From Lingula anatina (lineage: Eukaryota > Animalia > Brachiopoda), in contig CM120644.1 in the NCBI GenBank assembly GCA_051362555.1, positions 6,022,954 through 6,086,953 of the forward strand: 64,000 nt of DNA, read 5' to 3'. Positions 1-11,200 of the stretch are shown here, piece after piece. Below the pieces are notes generated by a model. The model was not told the origin of the DNA, made no database searches, and was given only the letters and a program-made list of their open reading frames with translations. Made by a program: the position numbers and the translations under genes. The number at the start of each line of letters is the position of its first letter. The first letter of the stretch is position 1.

Positions 1-810
1 TGTTAAAATCCCTATGAAGTTGTGCAGGAAAAATTCTTCCTTTCTTTCTCTAGCTCCTCGATAAACCTGGTGTTCAGATTTTATCTAGTACCCCCAGGTG
101 TACGGGAGCTGCTCTTTGTAACTAACGCACAGGTAGATTTTTACCTGAGATAACTGGAGTAAAGCTTAGATACAGAGTGCGTTCGATACAAGCAAGACAA
201 ATTGAATGCCATTTAACCCTCTAATTAAGAGGTAAAGGAAGTTCCAGTTAGATGGATGATTAAGTTAGGACTTGTAAAGGTTGTTTACCTCAGTTTAATA
301 AAAGTATGCAAGACGGAGTGTCAGCGGTTTAATAAAATAAATTGAATTTCACAAATAACATGGACCTCATATGCAATAATCAACATTTCCCTTAACTCAT
401 TCAAATGCAGTGTTTTATACAACTTGGGATAACCATGATTAAATGCTTGTTAAAGAATTGACTTGACGGGAAATGGTTTTACACAGCTTCACGAGGATTT
501 AGACCCCTCGGGTAAGAGATTTGAATGAGTATAAACTTTTATCAGAAGCCAGAGAAGTCATCTTACAGGTAGACAATGCAGCTCAGTTTGACAGCTGAGC
601 ACGCTCTGTTCTCCAGTGGCTCGATTGTCGTCATCGGACCACGTGACCACGTAGCTCATTAACTCCCAGGCCGAGCAAATAGGACGTTTTTTAAAGCCAA
701 AAATTTACAAAATGAGCTTTTAATTTATGTATTTGGATAAAGATATCGTTAGTTGGGCATGTTTTCTGAAGAATGTTCCGTTCAGGCCATTCTGACGGCA
801 AGACGCAAAT

Positions 811-932
811 CCTGTAATTACCCGCTTACAGCTCTTAGTAGGCGGGGCAGACGCTTAAGCCGGCCAAGCTGACAGTAATCTAGTGAGACTCCCCACAGGG
901 ATTGATCGATCTAAAAATCTATGGAAATGGGG
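811..932 (-). repeat. Fragment of a dispersed MITE-like repeat (related copy at 39496-39687)
   Basis: ctgtaattacccgcttacagctcttagtaggcgggg...gatcgatctaaaaatctatggaa is a diverged reverse complement of about 39500-39600. Confidence 0.6.
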
Positions 933-1336
933 TGTATCTCTCATCTCGAAGTGACAATCGATTTTTCTTGACAACACGCATCGACGAAAAATGACACTGA
1001 TGATTGAAGGTGATCCAGCCTTGGCTATTTCCCAGAAATTCTAAAGGTCGGTCCTTTGAGATCTTATTTCCTTTTGCTGATTTTCTTTCCTTGGTTTAAT
1101 TCCCTGAATTGTTGAGTAGCGTCATTTGCACGTACCTTGTATAACCCTCCTGTAATAACCTTGTATAACCCTCTTCTGTATAACGATCCGCTGAAAGAGA
1201 AATATAAGGTGTGCACCATCATATAAAAGTTGCTTTATTTTCCATGAAAGTTCGGTTTGTCTTTATTGATGATGTATTTTCTTTCAAATAAAATAGAAAC
1301 TTCGTCGAAACAAAGCTAATACCACGCAATAAGTAA

Positions 1337-1418
1337 GACAAGGTGGCCGAGTGGTTAAGGCGATGGACTGCTAATCCATTGGGGTTTCCCCGCGTGAGTT
1401 CGAATCTCATCCTTGTCG
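1337..1418 (+). tRNA. tRNA-Ser-GCT: tRNA-Ser(GCT)
   Basis: 82 nt GACAAGG...CCTTGTCG with a paired acceptor stem, A box TGGCCGAGTGG, anticodon arm ATGGA-CTGCTAA-TCCAT, long variable arm, T arm GTGAG-TTCGAAT-CTCAT. Confidence 0.96.
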
Positions 1419-1754
1419 GGTACTACTTTGTTGAAAAATAGCCATTAAAGCTTTCATCAGACTGAGCCACTTAACTCTACATTGCGTATTGCGAATAGCG
1501 ATATCACATAGATTATATGGGACGAGTATGGGCGAGTTGTGAAATCAACACACTTGCGCTCGGTCGCAATGCGCGATGCTTTCGAGTTACGGGCCCTGAT
1601 ATGACTCGTTACACACTGACCGCAAGGCATATGTTTTAAATAGTTACTATTATGGCCCAATTAAAAACCTTATTCTTTGCTCATTTATGACGTGTAACGT
1701 CATTATGTGTGTAACGAGTCATATCAGGACTTCTTTTACAAGCAAGGAATAATA

Positions 1755-1823
1755 AACAATATGGCCGTGTGGCTGATGCGATAAACTGTTCATTCATTCG
1801 GTCTCCCATCGTGAATCTCATTC
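1755..1823 (+). pseudogene. Highly degenerate tRNA-Ser copy
   Basis: aacaatatggccgtgtggctgatgcgataaactgttcattcattcggtctccc...gaatctcatt aligns to the intact tRNA with many substitutions and a deletion. Confidence 0.6.
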
Positions 1824-1885
1824 ATTTCGGATACAGTTTTGTTCAAAGAAATTGATCAAATAGAATATTGATGAATTCATGTTGC

Positions 1886-1954
1886 GACAAGGTGGCCGAT
1901 GGACTGCTAATCCATTGGGGTCTCCCCGCGTGAGTTCGAATCTCATCCTTGTCG
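1886..1954 (+). pseudogene. tRNA-Ser(GCT) pseudogene with a 13-nt D-arm deletion
   Basis: Identical to the 2922-3003 copy except for loss of gtggttaaggcga between two CGA microhomologies (69 vs 82 nt). Confidence 0.9.
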
Positions 1955-2769
1955 TTCTTTATTTTGTTCAAAATGGGTATGAAATAGAATAGAAAATTTA
2001 TTATAATATCTGAAAACCAGCATGAGTTCGTGCCTCAACCTTGACGGAAACGATAACTTTTTTGACTATTCGCTGCGAGTAAGAATATTATAACGTGTGC
2101 GAAATGTGTAAATATGTTAAATGTGTGAAGTTTTTTTCATACGAGAGGCGGTGTCCAGAAGCCAAAATCAGCGTTAAAAGATTAAAAGATATTAGTTACG
2201 TTGTATTACGTTGCATTTATAAAGTGATGATAAAAGTTATAAACTATATAACAGAGTGGTCAGGTGGTTTAGGCAACAAACTGCTTATCTTTTGTGACTC
2301 TTCTCTGTGAGTAAGTGTAACGTTCTCGAATGTGTGAAACGTGGAAGTTTTTATCATAGAGACGAAAAGGTTATTCTGAAGCTAGAATTATCGTGATATG
2401 ATAACCTATTTCGTAGCACAGTTATTATGCTGCATGTTGCTCATATAAAGTGAAGACAGATACAGGGGTCCACAGTGATTTCAGGGCTATCTCACCTTTT
2501 GATTCAGAAGTATCTCTTCCTTTCTCTGTCCCTTTTTTAAAATTCAATTTTTAACAAAAAGCTGAAATATGTTTCGTACAGTTAGCTGGCAGCCAACAAA
2601 GGCGTATGTCTTGATCAGACTGGTTTGAGTAGTTACACACTGAGCGATAGGTGGTAAGTGTTAAATAGTCACTATTATGGTCCAACTAAAAACCTTATTC
2701 TTTACTCATTTATGACATCTTTTTTTTTTTTTTTTATAAAGTTCTTTTTTCTACACGAAAGGATTTATA

Positions 2770-2840
2770 GACAAGGTGGTCGAGTGGTTGATGCGATAAA
2801 CTGACAATCCATTTTGGTCTCCCGGTGTGTATCTCATTCG
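2770..2840 (+). pseudogene. Degenerate tRNA-Ser copy
   Basis: gacaaggtggtcgagtggttgatgcgataaactgacaatccatt...; anticodon and T arm are broken. Confidence 0.7.
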
Positions 2841-2921
2841 TTTCGGATACAGTTCTGTTCAAATAAATTGGTTAAATAGAATTGATGCAGGTACTTTACC
2901 AAAAAAACATGTTATATGGAC

Positions 2922-3003
2922 GACAAGGTGGCCGAGTGGTTAAGGCGATGGACTGCTAATCCATTGGGGTCTCCCCGCGTGAGTTCGAATCTCATCCTTG
3001 TCG
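2922..3003 (+). tRNA. tRNA-Ser-GCT: tRNA-Ser(GCT)
   Basis: Intact 82-nt cloverleaf; a TTTT Pol III terminator follows 7 nt downstream. Confidence 0.97.
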
Positions 3004-3227
3004 AATAATGTTTTGTTGTTGAAAAATTGCTATTAAACTGAATAGAAAATTAAGATACTTAAAAACGATGATGAAAGGGTGTAAACCTTCATTAGACTGA
3101 TTTGAGTTGTAAGCACTGACCGCTAGATGGCAAGTATTGAATAGTGACCATTATGATTCAACTAAAACCTTATACTTTGTTTATTTATGACACCATTTTT
3201 AAAAAGGTTTTTACGAAAGGGTTTATA

Positions 3228-3309
3228 GACAAGGTGGCGGAGTGGTTGATCCATTCAACTGCTAATCTATTCTGGTCTCCCCGCGTGAGTTCGAATTTCA
3301 TTCTTACAG
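3228..3309 (+). pseudogene. Degenerate tRNA-Ser copy
   Basis: gacaaggtggcggagtggttgatccattcaactgctaatctatt...gagttcgaatttcattctt; stems are mispaired. Confidence 0.75.
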
Positions 3310-3384
3310 TTTTGTTCAAAGAAATTGGTCAAATAGAATAGATACTTTACCACATTGAAACTAAAAATATCTAAAATCCAATGA

Positions 3385-3466
3385 AACAAGGTGACCGGGT
3401 GGTTAAGGCGATGGACTGCTTATCTATTGTGTTCTCCCCACGTGAGTTCAAAGCTGATCCTTAACT
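3385..3466 (+). pseudogene. Degenerate tRNA-Ser copy
   Basis: aacaaggtgaccgggtggttaaggcgatggactgcttatctatt...gagttcaaagctgatcctt; B box and acceptor stem are damaged. Confidence 0.75.
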
Positions 3467-3776
3467 TTTGTCACATTTTTGCTGCGAGTAAGAAAAACAC
3501 GTGCGAAATGTCTGTGTTAAATGCATGAACTATTTTGACACGAGACGCGGAGGGTGTAATGAAGTATTATAAATGTCGTTATAGAATAATCTTTTCCGTA
3601 GCACAGTTATTAGTACGTTGCACATACAAAGTGATGGTAAAAGCAATAACCAATATAATGGGGTGGGCGGATGGTTAAGGCTATAGACTTTGAATCCATT
3701 GATGTTTCTTTAACCTGTGATATAAGGAGTTTCTAAATATAGTATTCGAAATTAAAGTATAAGCCATAAACATTAA

Positions 3777-6700
3777 GTGTGTGTCCACGAGAAAACCAAA
3801 CCAAATGTAGAAAATGCGGCAAGGTGGGGGTGAACGGATTTACATCATATTTGGTGTGTTTGAACCTTTATATGAACAATATCTGAGGCTGCAATATTTC
3901 CTGAAAAAAATCCCTACTTACAGAGATATGGCCAGCGACAATTTGGGGGGTTTATCAACCAAAAAATTCTTCTGAAAAACAGGGTTATATTGATTGGCCT
4001 TAAAGTTTATACAGGTGTCACCAAATGATTTAGTTTGGTGATATATTATAACCTAAAGATAGGGGATTAAAATGATATACACTTTTTCCACTCTCTTTTT
4101 TTCCATGGTAACAAACCAAGCGTTTTTCTCAGGCCTACAAACCACATGCTTTGAACACCCCCCTTCTATTTTTGACAATATCTTCATCTTCACAGGTCTT
4201 TGGGGTAAAGCGTGTTCAGGACTAACAGATAACTCATTAATCTATTTATACATGAAATCAAAACTTACTGCTGTTCTACAACTTGTCCGTTGTAACAGAT
4301 AGAACATGACCTAATTTCTTCATTTTTCGTAAATATATCCGAACACATATATCGGTGCACTGAACTTCAGCTATCTCTTTCAAGTCAACGAATGGTTTAA
4401 AACACTGTTAGTTGAACTTTTTATTTTCATTTTACCTATTCTAATTTTTTTCTGGTTAAAACAAGCATCTAACACATTTTAAAATCATGTGAAACTAATG
4501 TACTAACGTCAGAACAACACAACGTCATTATCCAACATGGCGGAAATCGCAGACTGTTTGTTTACAAATCTTCCTCAACGAAGTCGTATATCATGTGGTT
4601 TATACTCTGTCTACAGATATAAAAAACATGTAGTGTATTGAAAAATTGCAACAGAGATATTAACAGTCATCTTCGTCGCGTTTACGTGAAGCAAAACAGC
4701 GTGAGTTACGAAAGCAAACTGATTCTTGTCAGGTGTGAATTCTTTTGTATCCGATGACAGCAATTGGACTTTTTCAAGTATCTTTGGGAGAATAAATGGG
4801 TTACACCATGTGACCAGCACTGGGATATGGGCTTGGTTTGTGCTGGAAACCATCCACACAGGGGAAAACGAGCCTATAACGAAATATGTCATGGGATTAA
4901 CTTGCAGATGTCAATGTAGACAAAAAGCCATTTGAATATACTGATGCCACTTGGTTCAGGTAAGAAACGGGTTTGTTTGTATTTTAATACAGGCTAAAAT
5001 CCAGAAAAAAAGTTCACTCAGAAAAATGATCTAGGTGTAATTTTTTAATGGTAAGCGGTCCATTTTTTTAAAAAGAAAAATGCCCCCTTTCAAATAATGA
5101 AATTGCAGCCTAAGGACTGTGATAATTTTATCTTTTAAAATATATTTGTGTGGGTATTTATGTAGGTTTAATGGTACTTGGGTAAAATAAATTTAAGGGT
5201 AACAATTGGAATTAGATTGAAGCTAGGGCTGGTCTTGGCAAAATTGCTAGGCTCATAATTAATATTCGAAACCATGCCTTACTTATAAAACATGGACAAA
5301 TGGGATAATAATTTATTTTTCATCAATGTATCAATTAACTTTCAGATAAGTGTTTTCATGTGTCTATAGTAAGCTAAATTTATATTTCAGGCATATTTGA
5401 GAAGTGTTATTTGACACACAGTGATCTTATGGTCAGCAAAAGAGTCCAAAGTCTTGCAGAAACTGAAACTAGTGTGGAAATGACGGCTGTTGTAGAAAGG
5501 CATGTATGTAAATGAAAGCCACAATATAACAAATGCTGAGGAGATGCATGAGGCCCTAGTTTCTGCAGTTGGAGCCATTTTCTACATCCAGCTAGACAGA
5601 CATCTTCCAAACCTGCGTGGACTGGAGTGTCCAATTACAACAATTTAGCTTTCTTGATTCCTACAACATGAGAAAGGGTGTCTCCCTTCCTTCAGCAGTT
5701 TTAACATGAGTGATACTGATGTTAAAGTTAATTTGGGTTTTTCTGAGGCAAATATGCCAACTGGGACTATACCAAGCAAGATCACAAACAGGGAAATTTT
5801 TTCTTGTCCAGAGAAGTTTTCTCTGAAATCTTTTGCTACTAAGACTGAAGAGTATTTGTAAGGTCCTTTTTTAGACCACAGTTATGAAATGTGCCAAAAA
5901 AAAACAAAAAAAAACAGCTTTTGATCAAATTAAAGTCTGGTGGGCCAACAATCTGACTAAAGAAAAACTTAAAGCACATCAGCTGTGAGAGAACTCCACC
6001 TTCTTGAATATCTCACTGAGTTACACAATGGATGAGCTTTAAAGTCATCTAAACCTTTGAAACTATATTCAAATAAAGTAAAGGAGTTTTTACTGAAGGA
6101 GTTTAGAAGGGCACAAGAAACAGGCCAGCAGAACCTAGCATTTGTGAGCATGAAGATGAGATTGAAATGTTAGTAAGGAGGGTAACAGACTATTCAGGAA
6201 GAAAAAATCGGCAGTTATTTTTGAATGTATTAAAAACTTTGATGTTATGAGCTGTAATGTTTGATACAAAACTGCAAAGATGTTTCATAACACCAGGATA
6301 TATTTTGCGGTTGTGTTAGTTTTGCTTTTTGAATAGAAAATTATCTTGTTTTGCTACATTATGATATAGTTTGTAATGATCACAACTAATGTTGCACTGC
6401 TTTGCATGTATTGCTGTATTATAATTTTGTGATTTTTTTTATTATTGTTAATTATTCATCTGAGACAACAATAAACTAAATTTAATAATTTTTTAGTTAC
6501 TGTATGCTCATAAATAGTCACCAAAAAGTGGTGTGGATGATTAAAAAAAAACTGTTGATAATTAAAAAAGATTTGTTCTGGCTTTGCTATCATAAATACT
6601 ATGGCATATCCTGATCTCTATATGATAAATATTGCACCAAAAAGAAATCGCTACTAAACTAAGATTTTAATTTGTATTCACCAAATTGATGATATTAAAA

Positions 6701-7558
6701 AAATATATATATATTAAAATTATCTTGTAAACTCTCAACTTAATTGCCAGTGCCTATCCAAAGTAACAGAGTCTATGATTTATTTCCTCTAAACTTTTTG
6801 TCCATATAAATTACGAAGTCCATATATGGCAATTTACAAATATGAAGCCCAGTGACCTTGACCTACTGACCTGATATTCATTAGTACACACCCACTTTCC
6901 ATGTTCACCAGCCCTATTAATTTAGTAACATCATTGTAGAGCAAAATTGTTTAATAAATTAATCAAACCCATTGTCTACATAGACTTTAATGAATCCACC
7001 ACGATTTTTTGCCTTAAAAATGGCCAACTTTGGAGGTATTTTTCAGTACCTGTTTTAATACAGCAGTAACTTTTGAAAATTGATTTGGAATGATCCATAT
7101 CTGCCTAAAATATTCATGCAGTTTTATAGCTGTAAACCCTGTGAAGATGGAGATATATGCAATTAAAGATGGTAGTATCAAAATTGGACTTTGGGGGGTG
7201 GGGTGTTATAAATGGGTGTGGCTCACCCAAGCAGGGTCTTATCTGAATTCTACATATATCTGTGGCAAGCCAAATGATTGTTTTCAATGATTGTAAGGTC
7301 TAATATTTTTTAGTTTTCTTCATTTTTGTTTAATTTACACAAAATATATCATTATTTTTCCAAGGTAAAAATGGAGTCTCAAAGAGGCTACATAAGCCAT
7401 GACTTATAATAGGCTATAATTCTCTGAAGAAAGGATATTTTTGGGATTCCTTCCTAACTCATGAATAACTTCCTAATATGCCTCCATACAACAAATTTGG
7501 TTGAAATCCGCTGACCCCCACCTTGCCACCCTGGGCTGGTTCTCTCGTGGACAAGCTC
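3777..7558 (+). mobile_element. Sola3-type DNA transposon relic
   Basis: TTAA on both flanks; imperfect TIRs (tgtccacgagaaaacc...ggcaaggtggggg vs cccccaccttgcc...ggttctctcgtggaca); 3' end ...CTC. Stop-ridden transposase-like segments at 5500-6170 (YVNESHNITNAEEMHEAL, WTGVSNYNN, FSCPE, G*ALK...QETG). TTAA TSD and GAG..CTC ends are Sola3 traits; the left end reads GTG. Confidence 0.7.
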
Positions 7559-7980
7559 TTAAGTTTGTATCAGACTATAAGCGCACCCTGTGGTCAGAGA
7601 GTAGGGTCTGCCCACGTGTGTTCGTGCCTCATCTTTTAACGTTCAGCCTTCCCGCGTGAGTTCGTGCCTCACTCTTATTACCTTATTATCCATTACCTTC
7701 TGTGACACTTTTCTGAGAGTGAGAATATTATAACGGAATGTGTTAATGTGTGAAATGTGTAAGGTATTTTAAGACGAGACGCGGAGGGTGTCCTGAAGAT
7801 AAAATCATCGTGATATGATAATCTATTTCGTAGCACGGTTATTATGTTGTGCATGTGAAGTGAAAACGGATACAGGGGTGCACAGTGAGTTCAGTGCTAC
7901 CCTACCTTTTGATTCAGAAATATATCTATCTCTCCCTGTCCAGTCTTTAAAAAAACAACACAAAAAACAATACATGGGTA

Positions 7981-8017
<37 letters not shown>

Positions 8018-8087
8018 GGAACGAGACGGAACGATCCATCTTCTTAAGGCGCATTCAGAACAAGCTGATCCGTGGACTATGGCGGAC

Positions 8088-8240
8088 CAGGGCCCTGTAA
8101 CTCGAAAGTATCGATCATCGTGAATACCCATATCACATAGAGGCTACAATGTATTATATGGGACTAGTATAGGCGAGTTATGGAATAGGGACGCTTGCAC
8201 TCGGTCGCAATTCGCGATGCTTTCGAGTTACGGAGCCCTG
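8088..8240. mobile_element. Short MITE (truncated copy at ~1501-1598)
   Basis: TIRs cagggccctgtaactcgaaag / ctttcgagttacggagccctg; internal sequence is shared with 1501-1598. Confidence 0.7.
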
Positions 8241-11200
8241 CTTGAAAGCTTGCTGCATAATCCCTAATAGACACAGAATAGACTCCTGGTGGCGAGCGGC
8301 GGTAAGCTTTAAAGTGGGTCGACCACGTTCGTTAAAAGATATACCTCCTCCGCCCCCCCCCCCCCCACCCCACTCCCGCTTATAAAAAATTCTGAATATG
8401 ACGTGGAAGGACCGTTGTATGTTTAGACTTGTGGTTGGGAGTTCTAAAGATCGTTGCATATATACATTTTACGTATTAACGGAGAGGTCGATGTTCAGCT
8501 AGTACCAAATCATTCCTCACGTTAGCAATCGAGGTGTTATACTGGTATATATAGTACACTGGTTTGTTGGCGCTGTGTTGTCTATAGACAAGGTATCTCA
8601 ACAACATTCTCACAAATCTTGATGTAATTCTTAGAAAAAGATGGGAAAGAGGAGAATACAGAGTACGACTATAAATGAATCATGGTTCCCAAATTCTAGG
8701 CGAAATATTCCATCTCATGGATTCATTTTCCATTTACGTAGGTATAAGCTGCCAAGCGTGATCTAGTTCAACATGTTGCTTGTGAAGATAATTGCTTTTA
8801 TTGTGGTCGATATTTTTTAAATCACGGTTATATAATTAGGTAGCGCTTACTGTGCAATTGAGTTTTGGGATTTGTTTTCGGAATGGTCGCTATATCATTT
8901 CCCATTTTCCACAACGATTTGCAGGAAAAGGGAATACATTATAGCGTCTCTTTAACATTTAATTTTTTTACCTTGGTTTATAACGATATTTCGTATTGAT
9001 TAAACGGTGCCGATCACTGTTACAATCTTTTTTTCATTCAGCACAGCTAACAGGACGCAAACAAGATCTATAATACGACGAAAACACGGATTCTGTTATA
9101 AAGGCATCAGTGCACAATATGAAAAGCCCTTTCAACTAATTCGGGATAAAAAAGATCAATGAAGAATGATCTTGCCGAATAACATTAAAAAATACTAAAA
9201 CACCCAGGTAAGCTGCATTGAGCTATAGAATTAAGTTATACGTCAATTTATTTGCTTCGACATCTATACAATAAAAATAGAAAAGCAGGAGTTCAATGGG
9301 CATGAAACGAGTCACAGTCTATAAACTCCCAGACACATTAGTCGACATTTATCAGTTATGTGATATCGAGAAGTCATGTATGTTTGGTCTAGGACACTAA
9401 GTCCCCCAAAAAGAGACTTTTAACTGAATATTTTAAAAGGTTTGAGGTTTTTTCACTCAACTATGTAAATAATCCGAAATGACGAACATTTTAGGATTTA
9501 ATTTATTTTTAAAGGCAATTCACCTGTAACTTTTCATTGAAACGGAGATAAGGAATGAAATTATTTACCAACAGCTATTGACATGATAATATTTTGCCAT
9601 AGATAATCTCGTAACTCACCTGTCAAACAGATCTGCCGTTTAGTGTCTATGAGGAGCAGTTCACACGACTGCCTGGTAAATAGGTTCTAAGTCGGTCTTG
9701 TGTCTTTTTAATGGTGCTATAACACGGTAGTGTTATACAATTTGTCTCTGCCTTTAAATCACATTTTCAATCACGGAAGAGAAACCAAAATTAGAAACAA
9801 AAATCTCGGTAGAGTAATTTATTTAAGTAATTGAAGATACATCCCTTTCAGATGACAGAAAATGAAAACCCGGTGCCGACTCTAAAATTGTAGAAATACT
9901 TTGGCCTCATTATAGTCATTTCGCTCTTTTGATCTCTTCCACCAAAAACAGTCACTACACCTGGGGAAATTTCAGTTGAGGCCATTCCCAGGTCCGAGCG
10001 TTATGTAACCTTCCTACCCGGAGAACATATCCGTGTTCAGGGCTACTATGAAATGTAATATAGTCCCTGCATTTAGTTTTATCACACTTCCTATTAATCA
10101 CGTATGTTACATTTAGTTCCTTTATTATTCCTATAAATTACACATATTTAGTAATAGTTATTGGGCACGCAGGACTTAGAACGATTCCCTATAAAATGAG
10201 GGCTTCTCAGTTAGGGAGACAGAGAGAGAGACCCCGGGTGATCGTCGTGACTGTCCCTGCCTGCGTGCCAGATTGTAGCCCGTCAGCAAATAAAGATCTT
10301 CATGAGATACCATTGATGTCTTCGGTGTTTTCAAGTTTGCTACTCGCTCAAAAACTAAGTAACCATCCGGGTTACAGTGCAATGCCAGTGAACATATAAC
10401 GACGTAGATTAGAATGCAATCTCATCTTAATGTGTTTATAATTCTTAAGTTAATATTAAAAATAGCAACAACAACAATAGAAATAATCATAAAAGTGTAT
10501 TTCGAACATAATTACAATGACAAAACATTTACAAAGGTACCGGTATATTAAGATAGAAACGTACATGTAGTTGTTCTTGACATAAAGAATATACAGTTTG
10601 TTTCAAACATCAGACTATATACAATGTAATTACAATTACAGAAAGCACATTAAGAATATACCTTGTATGTATAGTAGTTTTGGCAAGGTTTCTACTTAGG
10701 TACATGTGAACTTTCTAGCGTGGTTGTTTCACACTTCCTGGGACCATTACCTCATGTAGTCGAAATACATTTTCAGTCTTAGAGGCAAGAAATAATAAAG
10801 GAATGGAGTTCTTTTATGTCACGATGCACAGGTGTGAAGTATCAGGTAACTGGAATTTCCAAAGAAATAAATTAACAGAATATGTGATAGAACTTAGTCA
10901 AAATTTCGGGACATAACTACGCGCAATTGCTATGATGAGGTATTCCTCTGGTTTTGCAGATAGACCGTTTTTGAACAAATATATACTGTTACGATCTGGT
11001 CTTTAGATTGTAATGGCGATTCCAGAGCGGTACAGCAGGCACGACCATACCTCCTTTAGCTTCTTATGTTTCGTCCCCACCCCTTACCTACACTTATAAT
11101 AAATTGAAACGGCAAATAAGATGAAAATGAAAAAGTAAAACGACACGAAACCTTACTTTTCCACCCCTTTGCTCTGTATATACATATTAAATAAATACTA

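Larger units (their letters stand above)
1337..7950 (+). repeat. Decayed tandem duplication region of tRNA-Ser plus spacer units
   Basis: Spacer blocks recur: aaaaccttattctttgctcatttatgac at ~1665/2690/3165; gatatgataacctatttcgtagcacagttatt at ~2395/3590/7812. The units continue on both sides of the 3777-7558 insertion. Confidence 0.75.

Noticed and set aside
1219-1410. 63-aa ORF
   Set aside because: Antisense reading of the tRNA-Ser gene.
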